From an uncultured Pseudomonadota bacterium (GTDB taxonomy: Bacteria; Pseudomonadota; Alphaproteobacteria; Rs-D84; CACZYB01), in contig CACZYB010000004.1 in NCBI GenBank assembly GCA_902785275.1, forward strand, positions 1 through 64,000: DNA of 64,000 nt, written 5' to 3'. The notes under the pieces are model-generated. The model was given only the letters and a program-made list of their open reading frames with translations, was not told the DNA's origin and did not search any database. The position numbers and the translations under genes were made by a program. This document shows positions 26,053 to 35,332 of this stretch, one piece after another (position 1 is the stretch's first letter; the number at the start of each line of letters is the position of its first letter).

Positions 26053-27908
26053 TGAAGTCACAACGTTTTAAATATAATCTTTCAAGCGGAAGTAAGGCCT
26101 ATCATTGTGGTCCTGCTTACTATGGTAAATTGAAAGGTCTAAAGTACAGAAATGACTTTTGGAAAAAAGCGTTGTATTACCTTTTAATTATTGGTATTTG
26201 GGGTGGAATTTTTTTATCTGTTTTGTTTACTTATTTGGCTTTGACATTACCAAACATTGATAATGTTATGAATCAGACAAGATCACCAAGTATTGTTATA
26301 CTTGATAGAAGTAATGAAAAAATTGCGTCTATTAATGATTTGTATGGTGATACTGTAGAAGTTGAAAACTTACCAAAACATGTTTGGCAGGCGGTTGTTG
26401 CAACAGAAGATAGAAGATTTTTCGATCATTGGGGTGTTGATGTTAAGGGACTTTTTAGGGCGTTTTATAATAATATAAAGGCAAATAGAACTGCACAGGG
26501 TGGAAGTACCATTACACAACAGTTGGCAAAGAATGTTTTTCTTTCGAAAGAGCGTTCGATAAAAAGAAAAATTCAAGAGGTTATGTTGACCATTTGGCTT
26601 GAAAATAAATTTACAAAGAATCATATTTTATCGCTTTATTTGAACAGAGTTTCTTTGGTTGGTGGAAAGTATGGTATTTCTATTGCTGCGGAAACAATTT
26701 TTGGAAAGTCAGTTTATGATTTGAATGTTGCAGAGGCGGCAATATTAGCTGGTATGTTAAAGGCGCCATCAAAACTTAATCCAATGAAAAATTTGGATGC
26801 GTCTCTTAATCGTATGAGAGTTGTTTTGAGATTAATGTGTGAGCAGGGGTATATTACAAAAGATGAATATGAAACTTTTTCAAATTATCAATACCAGAAA
26901 AAGACATTAACTTCTAATCAGACAAGGTATTTTATTGATTATACTATGGATAGCTTTAATTCACTTATTGGTGGAATAAATTCTGATGTGATTATTTATA
27001 CAACTCTTGATAACAAGGTCCAGAAAACAGCAGAAAATGTCGTGAAAAGCTATCTTAATAACGAAGGTGAAAAGTATAAGTTTTCGCAGGTAGCAACTCT
27101 TGTTTTAAACAATAGTGGTGAAATTTTAAGTATGGTTGGAGGAAGTGATTATACTCAAAGTCAGTTTAACAGAGCTACTCAAATGAAACGTCAGCCAGGG
27201 TCTATATTCAAGCCGTTTGTTTATCTTGCTGGGGTGGAATATGGTTTGAAACCACAGGATGAATTTGAAGATAAAATTACATCTATTGCTGATTGGGCAC
27301 CAAAGAATCATGATGATAAGTATTTGGGAACTGTTACTATGGCGGTGGCTTTGGAAAAATCACTTAATACTGTGCCAGTTCAAATTGCAAAGATTATTGG
27401 ACTCCCAAATATTATAAAAACTGCACATAAACTTGGGCTGGTAGATAAGTTGAATAATGATTATTCCATAATACTTGGGACATCGGAAACAACACTTTTG
27501 GATTTGGTTTCTGCGTATGCAACTTTTGCCAATAAGGGCTATGGTGTTATTCCTCATTCAATACGAAAGATTACAACTTCGACAGGGGATGTTATTTATG
27601 AAAGAAGTGGAAGTGGTGTTGGAAAACTTATTTCTGAAGAAAATGTTGAAACTATGAATTCAATGCTTAGAAATGTTATTGAAGGTGGTACCGGTGCGAA
27701 TGCAAATATTGCAGGTGAGATGCTTTTTGGAAAAACAGGAACCAGCCAAAATAACAGGGATGCTTGGTTTATTGGGTATACTCCTAAATATATTGCAGGG
27801 GTTTGGATTGGAAATGATGATAATTCTCCTATGACAAATAGTAGTTATGGTGGAACAATACCGGCAAAAATTTTTAAAACGTTGATGACCTATGTAATTG
27901 TTCATTAA
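26052..27908 (+). CDS. Class A penicillin-binding protein (PBP1A family)
   Basis: Transglycosylase EDRRFFDHWG and GGSTITQQLAKN; transpeptidase SIFK, SLN and KTGT. Confidence 0.93.
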   Translation: MKSQRFKYNLSSGSKAYHCGPAYYGKLKGLKYRNDFWKKALYYLLIIGIWGGIFLSVLFTYLALTLPNIDNVMNQTRSPSIVILDRSNEKIASINDLYGDTVEVENLPKHVWQAVVATEDRRFFDHWGVDVKGLFRAFYNNIKANRTAQGGSTITQQLAKNVFLSKERSIKRKIQEVMLTIWLENKFTKNHILSLYLNRVSLVGGKYGISIAAETIFGKSVYDLNVAEAAILAGMLKAPSKLNPMKNLDASLNRMRVVLRLMCEQGYITKDEYETFSNYQYQKKTLTSNQTRYFIDYTMDSFNSLIGGINSDVIIYTTLDNKVQKTAENVVKSYLNNEGEKYKFSQVATLVLNNSGEILSMVGGSDYTQSQFNRATQMKRQPGSIFKPFVYLAGVEYGLKPQDEFEDKITSIADWAPKNHDDKYLGTVTMAVALEKSLNTVPVQIAKIIGLPNIIKTAHKLGLVDKLNNDYSIILGTSETTLLDLVSAYATFANKGYGVIPHSIRKITTSTGDVIYERSGSGVGKLISEENVETMNSMLRNVIEGGTGANANIAGEMLFGKTGTSQNNRDAWFIGYTPKYIAGVWIGNDDNSPMTNSSYGGTIPAKIFKTLMTYVIVH

Positions 27909-27981
27909 ACCTTAATTTTTCCCTTGTTTTTTTATTTTGGAAGTCTATAATATATATATTCTAACAATGAAAGGTACTAAA

Positions 27982-29904
27982 ATGGTTAAAATTACATTTC
28001 CAGATGGAAAGAATAGAGATTTTGATAATGGTGTTTCCGGTCTTGATATCGCAAACTCTATTTCAACATCTCTTGCAAAATCGGCTTTGGTTATAAAATT
28101 TAATGATGATTATTTGGATTTAAATACAACAATTACCACTGATGGAACTGTAAGCATTGTTACCTCAAAGGACAAGGAAGCTTTACCTTTCTTAAGACAT
28201 ACTTGTGCACATGTTATGGCTCAGGCAATAAAAAGACTTTACCCAAGTGCAAAGTTGGCTATTGGTCCATCTATTGAAAATGGATTTTATTATGATATTG
28301 ATTGTGAAACAAAAATTACTGCCGAAGATTTTTCAAAAATTGAAAAAGAAATGGCAAAGATTGTTTCTGAAAATCATGCTATTGAAAGAAAAAATTTATC
28401 AACTGCTGATGCAAAGAAATTCTTTTTGCAAAATGGCGAAAGCTATAAAGTTGAGCTTATTGATGATTTGGAAAAAAATGGGGTTAGTGAAGTAAGCTTG
28501 TATACTCAAGGTGAATTTACTGATCTTTGCCGTGGTCCACATCTTCCATCAACATCAAAGGTTGGTGTTGATACATTCAAATTGACTTCTGTTGCTGGTG
28601 CATACTGGAGAGGTGATGTTAAAAACAAGATGCTTCAAAGAGTTTATGCAACTGCTTGGGCAACTAAAGCTGATTTGGAAGCATATATTAAAATTCAGGA
28701 AGAAGCAGAAAAACGTGATCACAGAAAGATTGGTGTTGCAATGGATTTGTTCCATTTCGAACCTGACTATGCTCCTGGTTCTGTTTTCTGGCATCCAAAA
28801 GGATGGACCCTTTTCCAAAAACTTATTTCTTATATGAGAAAGAAACAAGCAGATAATGGTTATATCGAAGTTTCAACACCAACAATTATGAATCGTTGCC
28901 TTTGGGAAACTTCTGGTCATTGGGATAAATATAAACACAATATGTATACTGCAACTGTTCAAGATGAAGATACAGAATTTGCTGTAAAACCTATGAATTG
29001 TCCTGGTGGTGTTTTGATTTATAAACAAGGTATTCGTAGTTATCGTGATTTGCCTATTCGTATGGCAGAGTTTGGTAAGGTGGATAGATATGAAGCTTCT
29101 GGTGCTTTGCATGGACTTCTTCGTGTGCGTGAATTTACACAAGATGATGCTCATATTTTCTGTACTACTGAACAGATGGAAGAAGAATGTATCAGAGTTA
29201 TAAAACTTATTATGGAAATATATAAGGAGTTTGGCTTTGGTAATGTTAGAATTAAACTTTCGACACGTCCAGAAAAGAGAATCGGTTCTGATGAAGTTTG
29301 GGATATGACAGAAAAAGCATTGGCAAATTCTTTGGAACATCATGGATATGAATATACAATCTTCCCTGGTGAAGGTGCATTCTATGGTCCAAAGTTAGAA
29401 TTCGTTCTTCGCGATGCGATTGGTCGTGACTGGCAATGTGGTACATTGCAGGTTGATATGAATCTTCCTGAACGTTTTGATATAAGTTATGTTGGTCAAG
29501 ATGGTGAAAAGCATAGACCTATTATGCTTCATCGTGCTCTTTTCGGAAGTTTGGAAAGATTTACTGGTATTTTGATTGAAAACTTTGCTGGTCATCTTCC
29601 ACTTTGGCTTTCACCGGTTCAAGTTGCTATTGCAACTGTTTCGGAAAGTACAGTTCCTTATGCCGAAAAGGTTAATAAAGCTTTGAAGGATATGGGTATA
29701 AGTACAATTCTTGATATAAGCAAGGAAAAGATTAGTTATAAAGTTCGTCAACATTCAACTTCAAAGGTTCCAGTTATTGCTGTTATCGGTGAGAAAGAAT
29801 CTGAGACTGAATCTGTTACAATCCGCCGTATTGGTAGTGATAAACAGGAGACTTTGAGTTTAGCTGATTTTATTAACTTATTGAAAATAGAAGCAAAAAT
29901 ATAG
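27982..29904 (+). CDS. thrS: Threonine--tRNA ligase
   Basis: TGS domain, RHTCAH, DLCRGPH, KPMNCP, RVREFTQDDAH, HRALFGSLERF; start placed at MVKITFPDG. Confidence 0.98.
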   Translation: MVKITFPDGKNRDFDNGVSGLDIANSISTSLAKSALVIKFNDDYLDLNTTITTDGTVSIVTSKDKEALPFLRHTCAHVMAQAIKRLYPSAKLAIGPSIENGFYYDIDCETKITAEDFSKIEKEMAKIVSENHAIERKNLSTADAKKFFLQNGESYKVELIDDLEKNGVSEVSLYTQGEFTDLCRGPHLPSTSKVGVDTFKLTSVAGAYWRGDVKNKMLQRVYATAWATKADLEAYIKIQEEAEKRDHRKIGVAMDLFHFEPDYAPGSVFWHPKGWTLFQKLISYMRKKQADNGYIEVSTPTIMNRCLWETSGHWDKYKHNMYTATVQDEDTEFAVKPMNCPGGVLIYKQGIRSYRDLPIRMAEFGKVDRYEASGALHGLLRVREFTQDDAHIFCTTEQMEEECIRVIKLIMEIYKEFGFGNVRIKLSTRPEKRIGSDEVWDMTEKALANSLEHHGYEYTIFPGEGAFYGPKLEFVLRDAIGRDWQCGTLQVDMNLPERFDISYVGQDGEKHRPIMLHRALFGSLERFTGILIENFAGHLPLWLSPVQVAIATVSESTVPYAEKVNKALKDMGISTILDISKEKISYKVRQHSTSKVPVIAVIGEKESETESVTIRRIGSDKQETLSLADFINLLKIEAKI

Positions 29905-29981
29905 TTTTAAAAAAAGACTTGTTTTTTGTCATCTGTTGTGAGATAATGAAAAAGTTCATAAACAAACGAAAGGATATGAAA

Positions 29982-30479
29982 ATGAAAAATACATTAAAAA
30001 CATTGGCATCTGTTGCTTTGGTTGCTGCTTTGGCTGCTTGTTCAAATGAAGCTCCTGAATCAGAATTTGTTGATGATGGTTCAGAAGTAACAATCTCTTC
30101 AGAAGTTAAAGGCGTTGTTGCTGGTTCTCAAGAAGATTTGAACGCACGTGCAGGAAATGCTGTATACTTTGCATATGACAAATCATCTTTGTCAGCAGAA
30201 GCTACAAAAACTTTGAAAAAACAAGCTGCATGGTTGAAAATGTTCCCAAATGTTAACATCATCATCGAAGGAAACTGTGATGAACGTGGTACAAGAAAAT
30301 ATAACCAAGCTCTTGGTGAAAAACGTGCTAACGCTGCAAAAAGATACTTGATCGCTCAAGGTATTTCTGCAAAACGTATTACAACAGTTTCATACGGTAA
30401 AGATAAGCCAGCTGTTCTTGGTAACACAGAAGAAGCTTATGCTAAAAACCGTCGTGATGTAACAATTATTGCAAAATAA
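29982..30479 (+). CDS. pal: Peptidoglycan-associated lipoprotein Pal
   Basis: Lipobox LAAC; VYFAYD, EGNCDERGTRKYNQALGEKRA, SYGK, NRR. Confidence 0.93.
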   Translation: MKNTLKTLASVALVAALAACSNEAPESEFVDDGSEVTISSEVKGVVAGSQEDLNARAGNAVYFAYDKSSLSAEATKTLKKQAAWLKMFPNVNIIIEGNCDERGTRKYNQALGEKRANAAKRYLIAQGISAKRITTVSYGKDKPAVLGNTEEAYAKNRRDVTIIAK

Positions 30480-30498
30480 TTTAACATTACTGAGATTG

Positions 30499-30529
30499 AA
30501 AACCTCCCTACTTTTATGGGAGGTTTTTT
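30499..30529 (+). terminator. Intrinsic terminator after pal
   Basis: aaaacctccc-tactttta-tgggaggtttttt. Confidence 0.7.
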
Positions 30530-30589
30530 GTTGCCTTTATCATTTTTTTGTTTTAGTATATACTCCGTATAAAGAGGGAGATTTAAAAA

Positions 30590-31381
30590 ATGAAAAGTAT
30601 TATGAAATTATTTGTTTGTTTGATGCTTTGTTTTTCAAGTAGTGTTTGGGCTCAAAATATGTCTGGGCGTGGCAGTATTGATGCATTGGAAAGTATCAAT
30701 TTAAGTTTGGATAGAATTGAAAATGCGATTACTTCACTTACTTCTCAAAATGAACAAAATGCCTATAATCAAAAGAATACAAAGGCAGAAATGGATGTTG
30801 TTTTGAAAGACTTAAAACTTCAGATAAAAGAAGTTAAGGATGAACAAGAAAAAATTTCAAAAGATGTTTATTCACAAAAAATTGAAATAGAAAATCTTAA
30901 AAATATTGTTGCAATGTTACAGGAAAAATTATTTTCTGTGGAAAAGAAAACACCAGAAATTGAAAAGAAATCTTTTGTAGATGAAAAGTCAAAAGTTGAA
31001 GAAAAAGCTTCTAAAAATCCGACTGATTTGTTTGTTGGTGGAAATAAAGAAGAAAAGGCAAAAAAGCCTTCTGATGATGAAAGTTTTATGGTTGCAATGG
31101 ATAATTTTGAAAAGAAAAATTTTACAGATGCAGCGATTAATTTTGCAGCTAATTTAAAGAATTTTCCAGAAGGAAAAAATTTTTACAAAAATCTTTTATT
31201 CCTTGGCCGTTCTATGAAACAATTGGATAATAAAAACGGTGCATGTACTGCATTTGCAAAGATTGTAAATTCAACTGAGGATATTGATAAAGAATTAAAG
31301 GTTGGGGCTGTGAAGGATTTTGAAAAACTTGGCTGTAATCCAAATAAAGCGGAAGAAGTGAAAAATAATGCAATTAAATAA
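30590..31381 (+). CDS. cpoB: Tol-Pal associated CpoB/YbgF-like protein
   Basis: Follows pal; signal peptide, coiled coil, TPR ending ACTAF...LGC. Confidence 0.7.
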   Translation: MKSIMKLFVCLMLCFSSSVWAQNMSGRGSIDALESINLSLDRIENAITSLTSQNEQNAYNQKNTKAEMDVVLKDLKLQIKEVKDEQEKISKDVYSQKIEIENLKNIVAMLQEKLFSVEKKTPEIEKKSFVDEKSKVEEKASKNPTDLFVGGNKEEKAKKPSDDESFMVAMDNFEKKNFTDAAINFAANLKNFPEGKNFYKNLLFLGRSMKQLDNKNGACTAFAKIVNSTEDIDKELKVGAVKDFEKLGCNPNKAEEVKNNAIK

Positions 31382-32114
31382 TGAATATATTAATACATTA
31401 AAACTTTATGAAGAATCGGGTATCGACGAATCTTATGGTGATGTGCCATACAATTTTTTCCTTGAAAACAAAGGCCTTTTTGTAAAGGAAGAAACTGTCG
31501 TAAAGAAAAATGTTGAAAATATTTCAATATTGAAAGCAAAGCAGGAAGCCGAAAATTCTTTGGTAAAGGTTTCTTGTTTAAAAGATATTCAAAAAATTAT
31601 TTCTGAATTTACGCTTAATCCATTATCAAAATTTGCGACATATGGGATTTTTGGGGTAGGGGTTGATAATCCAGATTTGGTTGTGATTACCGAAATGCCA
31701 AATGCCGATGAAGATAGAAGTGGTGTGATGTTGACTGGTGCGACAGGTGAAATGTTAAAGAAAATTTTGAATGCAATTCATTCGTCTGTTGAAACAAATA
31801 CTTATGTTTTTCCAGCCAGTGCTTTTCGTGCTCCGGGTGCAAGAATGCCTACTGCGGAGGAAATGGAAATTTCAATTCCTTTTATAAAAAAGTTTATCGA
31901 AATTTTAAAGCCAAAAGTTATTCTTACTATGGGAAGTTTGCCAACTAATGTTTTGCTTGGTGGAAGTGATGCGATTACATCGCTTCGTGGAAAGTGGGCA
32001 GAATATAATGGTGTTGCGGTTATGCCAACATTTTCCCTTACATATCTTTTGAATAATATAGAGGCAAAGAAAAAAGCGTGGGCTGATTTACAGCTTTTGG
32101 CACAAAAACTTTAA
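31368..32114 (+). CDS. Uracil-DNA glycosylase family 4 homolog with degenerate catalytic motifs
   Basis: FGVG...EMPNADEDRSG, RAPGARMPT.EE, ITSLRGKW, KKKAWADL. Confidence 0.8.
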   Translation: MQLNNEYINTLKLYEESGIDESYGDVPYNFFLENKGLFVKEETVVKKNVENISILKAKQEAENSLVKVSCLKDIQKIISEFTLNPLSKFATYGIFGVGVDNPDLVVITEMPNADEDRSGVMLTGATGEMLKKILNAIHSSVETNTYVFPASAFRAPGARMPTAEEMEISIPFIKKFIEILKPKVILTMGSLPTNVLLGGSDAITSLRGKWAEYNGVAVMPTFSLTYLLNNIEAKKKAWADLQLLAQKL

Positions 32115-32115
32115 T

Positions 32116-33180
32116 TTATTTTTCTGTAAGCTTAAATTCGATACGGCGATTTTTCCTTAAAGAATCGGGATCATTTGCGTCAACAAGTGGGTGAAATTCA
32201 CCAAATCCAGTTGCAGCAAGGCGGTTTTCAGGAATGCCTTCGGATATTAAAAAGTCAACAACAGATACGGCACGTGCAACGGAAAGTTCCCAATTAGATT
32301 TGAACTTTGTTCCCTTGATTGGGTTTTTATCTGTGTGGCCATCGACACGTAGAATCCAATCTATATCATCAGGAAAGGCCTTCATTGCATCCTTTAATAT
32401 TTTTGCAAGTTCTTTTAATTTTATTTTTCCTTCGTCACCTATTTCTGCGGACTCTGCTTTGAAGAATACTTCGGATGGAATTACGAATCTATCGCCTACC
32501 ATAACAAAGTTTTTATTACCCATAACGGCACTTGAAAGTGATTCAAAGAATGTGGAACGAACTTTGAAAAGTTCGGCTGTTTTATTTGCCAATGCACGAT
32601 TAAGTTTTTTTCCAAGTTCAACAATTTGCACTTTTTGCCATGAGATATATTTGTTGGTTGCTTCGAAAACATCGTTTAATTTTTGCATTTCACCAGTAAG
32701 TTTTGTGATAGTATTTTTAAGATTATCTTCGTTATTTTTAAGAGCTTTTACTTGGTTATCTTTTTTGATTATGTCACCTTCAAGTTGAAGTATGAACATA
32801 TTAAGTTCGGCAACTTTGTTTGTTAATTGCTCGTTTTTAATGTTTTCTTTTTTTGCATTATCTTTTGTCATATCAAGAACAGAGTAAAGTTCTTCCATAT
32901 CTGACTTTGTAGTTTTTGTTTCATCGATTGCTTTTTGTAAATCTTCTTTTACACCGCGAACATTGTTTATTAAGGCTTTGTTTAGCTTATCTTTTTCTGC
33001 GATAATTTTTTCAAGTTCTGTAATTCTATCATCTTTTGAATTTTGTGAATTTATACTTGAAACAAAATTCATAAGCATGAAAATAACCACAACAAATAGC
33101 ATGAGAATCAAAAGATTACTCATCACATCAACGAATGATGGCCATAAAGATGTTTGATTTTCTGAATAATGCCTTGACAT
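32116..33180 (-). CDS. MotB/OmpA-family peptidoglycan-binding membrane protein with coiled-coil linker
   Basis: WPSFVDVMSNLL TM with conserved Asp; RVDGHTD, NWELSVARA, GFGEFHP, NRRIE. Confidence 0.9.
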   Translation of the reverse strand: MSRHYSENQTSLWPSFVDVMSNLLILMLFVVVIFMLMNFVSSINSQNSKDDRITELEKIIAEKDKLNKALINNVRGVKEDLQKAIDETKTTKSDMEELYSVLDMTKDNAKKENIKNEQLTNKVAELNMFILQLEGDIIKKDNQVKALKNNEDNLKNTITKLTGEMQKLNDVFEATNKYISWQKVQIVELGKKLNRALANKTAELFKVRSTFFESLSSAVMGNKNFVMVGDRFVIPSEVFFKAESAEIGDEGKIKLKELAKILKDAMKAFPDDIDWILRVDGHTDKNPIKGTKFKSNWELSVARAVSVVDFLISEGIPENRLAATGFGEFHPLVDANDPDSLRKNRRIEFKLTEK

Positions 33181-33189
33181 AAAATTCTC

Positions 33190-33552
33190 CTATTTTGTGT
33201 GCGGTTGATTTGTTTCAAGTTTTAAATTGCGGGAATGTATTATTTTATCAACCATTATTTTTACAATATTATTGTTTTTTATTTTTGATAAAAGATAAAC
33301 TAAATCATATGTTGTCATTCCATCAAGAGTATAAAATAGTTTTATGAAAGAAATATCTTTTACCAATATAGTATTTCTGCTTAAAATATCAGGGGAAATT
33401 CCCATGCATTCAAGTCTATCGTGTATTTCATTAATTGAATAACATCCCATTCTATCAAGACGATCAAATTCATAATCATAATTGGGGTTTGGGGCTTTTA
33501 CTTCTACTTCTATTTTCCCACCATCGATACCTACTATTTTTTTTGATATCAT
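33190..33552 (-). CDS. Hypothetical protein
   Basis: ORF with RBS (GGGGA), tightly spaced between the MotA-like and MotB-like genes. Confidence 0.6.
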   Translation of the reverse strand: MISKKIVGIDGGKIEVEVKAPNPNYDYEFDRLDRMGCYSINEIHDRLECMGISPDILSRNTILVKDISFIKLFYTLDGMTTYDLVYLLSKIKNNNIVKIMVDKIIHSRNLKLETNQPHTK

Positions 33553-33579
33553 TTTTTTCCCCTTTCATTATTTTATATT

Positions 33580-34746
33580 TTAGCTGTTATGCTTATTTTT
33601 TTCATTTGTCATAGATATTGTTTTTGCAAGTAAACGAATATCAGATGAAATTTTTTCAGTCATATCAACAAGTCCAAGATCCATATTTTTAATGTGGTCT
33701 CGGGTCTTATCATCCATACCAAAACCTGACTTTGAAATTTTTACAAGGTCGTTAAGTACAGGGTAAAGTTTTTCTGGTGCAATGGAAATTTTTTCCATAA
33801 CTTTTAGTTTTTCTTGCATTTGTTTTGCAAGTCGTGCACTTTCATCTGCCATTAATGCCATTTTCTTTGCAACATCGGCGTTGGTATCAACTGACTTCAT
33901 AACTGTTTTTTGAAGGATGTTTATATTATCAGCAGTTTGTTCCAACATCGCTTGTAAGTATGTGATAATTGATCCGTCACCTTCGGCAAGTGAACTTGAT
34001 GAAACAATACGTGTGTAACGTGTCATATTTTCTTCTAGTTCATTATAGAAGAAATGTTGAGCAATAGTTGCTTGGAGTTGTAAGAAACCCAAGATAAGGG
34101 ATGCTCCCAATCCGAAAAGTGATGTTGAGAAGGCTGTACCCATACCAGAGAGTGGTCGAGAAATATTCATTTTCAATGTTTCAAATACGGCCATGATATT
34201 TCCGTTTTGAATGTTAAGGTTTTTAACTATGTCTCCGAATGAACCTATGGTTAAAAGAAGTCCCCAGAATGTTCCAAGCAAGCCAAGGAATACCAAAACA
34301 CCGGAAAAATATGATGACGATTCCTTCGAATCGTGAAGTCTTGCATCTACAATATCAAGAAGTGTACGCATTGTGCCGGCTTCTAGGTATGGACGGTATT
34401 GTTTTCTGTGTTCCTTTAGTAAGAAGGCAACAGGAGAGATAACCTTTGGTGCGGAATTTACCTTTTCTTTACCTAAGAAAAAGTCATTTATCCATGCAGA
34501 ATCGTTGATAAGGACAACTACGTTTTTGAAGTTTAAAAATGTTCCGAATATAAATACTGCGAAAATAAATGTATTTAAGACTTTACTTGAATTGAATATA
34601 ATCCTTAACTGTCCGGACAACATTCCCATCAAACATAGGATGAAAAATAGGAATATAGACATCCTTATGATACATGCAAAAAGACCTGTTTTTCTTATGT
34701 AAATGGCTTCTGGATTGATATCTGATTTTATTCTTTTTTTAAACAT
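33580..34746 (-). CDS. MotA/TolQ/ExbB-family proton-channel protein with cytoplasmic coiled-coil tail
   Basis: LGLLGTFWGL and GMGTAFSTSLFG channel motifs; four TM helices. Confidence 0.88.
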   Translation of the reverse strand: MFKKRIKSDINPEAIYIRKTGLFACIIRMSIFLFFILCLMGMLSGQLRIIFNSSKVLNTFIFAVFIFGTFLNFKNVVVLINDSAWINDFFLGKEKVNSAPKVISPVAFLLKEHRKQYRPYLEAGTMRTLLDIVDARLHDSKESSSYFSGVLVFLGLLGTFWGLLLTIGSFGDIVKNLNIQNGNIMAVFETLKMNISRPLSGMGTAFSTSLFGLGASLILGFLQLQATIAQHFFYNELEENMTRYTRIVSSSSLAEGDGSIITYLQAMLEQTADNINILQKTVMKSVDTNADVAKKMALMADESARLAKQMQEKLKVMEKISIAPEKLYPVLNDLVKISKSGFGMDDKTRDHIKNMDLGLVDMTEKISSDIRLLAKTISMTNEKNKHNS

Positions 34747-34900
34747 AATTACCCTCTAAGCTTATTATTTTTAGACAAAATAACATCTTTATTGTCGATT
34801 GTCAAGTTTTTTTTGACGAAAATAATGTATTTTATTAAAAAACAATATCGATACCTTAAAAAAGTGTGCTTATTTGAAAAAATATAAAAAATTCAAATAA

Positions 34901-35302
34901 TTAACGTTCATTACTTTGTTTTATTTCTTTATTGTAACGTTGTATTTCTGTTACAGAAAGTCTTCTTTGTAGATATGCACTTAATATTCTTGGTTCGCTG
35001 TCTTTTATATATATCACAGTTTGTTTGTATTCATCAGGTATATTTTTGAAAAATTCAGGATTTCCAATACTTTTATCTTCTTTTATTTTAAGGTTTTGAA
35101 TATAGAATGCCATACGAGAGCATATTCCATTTTTATCAGCATTTTTTGTTTGTGTGTTTCGTGGAGAGTTACCAAAAACAACAAGTTGTGCAGTTAGAAG
35201 AGTGAGTAAGATTTGTGTTCTTATTTTTTTTCTTTTTTCAATTTTTTCTAATCTTTTTTGTAATTCAATCAATGGCATCGCTGATGGATTTTTAATTTTC
35301 AT
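34901..35302 (-). CDS. Hypothetical single-TM protein
   Basis: ORF with RBS; basic N-terminus and one hydrophobic segment. Confidence 0.55.
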   Translation of the reverse strand: MKIKNPSAMPLIELQKRLEKIEKRKKIRTQILLTLLTAQLVVFGNSPRNTQTKNADKNGICSRMAFYIQNLKIKEDKSIGNPEFFKNIPDEYKQTVIYIKDSEPRILSAYLQRRLSVTEIQRYNKEIKQSNER

Positions 35303-35332
35303 CTTTTTCCCTTTTTTCTAATGTTATAAATT

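Noticed and set aside
27982-29904. thrS not followed by infC and separated from rpmI-rplT-pheST
   Set aside because: Splitting of this cluster is common in Alphaproteobacteria; an ordinary rearrangement
32116-34746. Zorya anti-phage system
   Set aside because: No ZorC/D/E-like helicase or nuclease nearby, housekeeping context, and motifs match the widespread alphaproteobacterial MotA/OmpA pair
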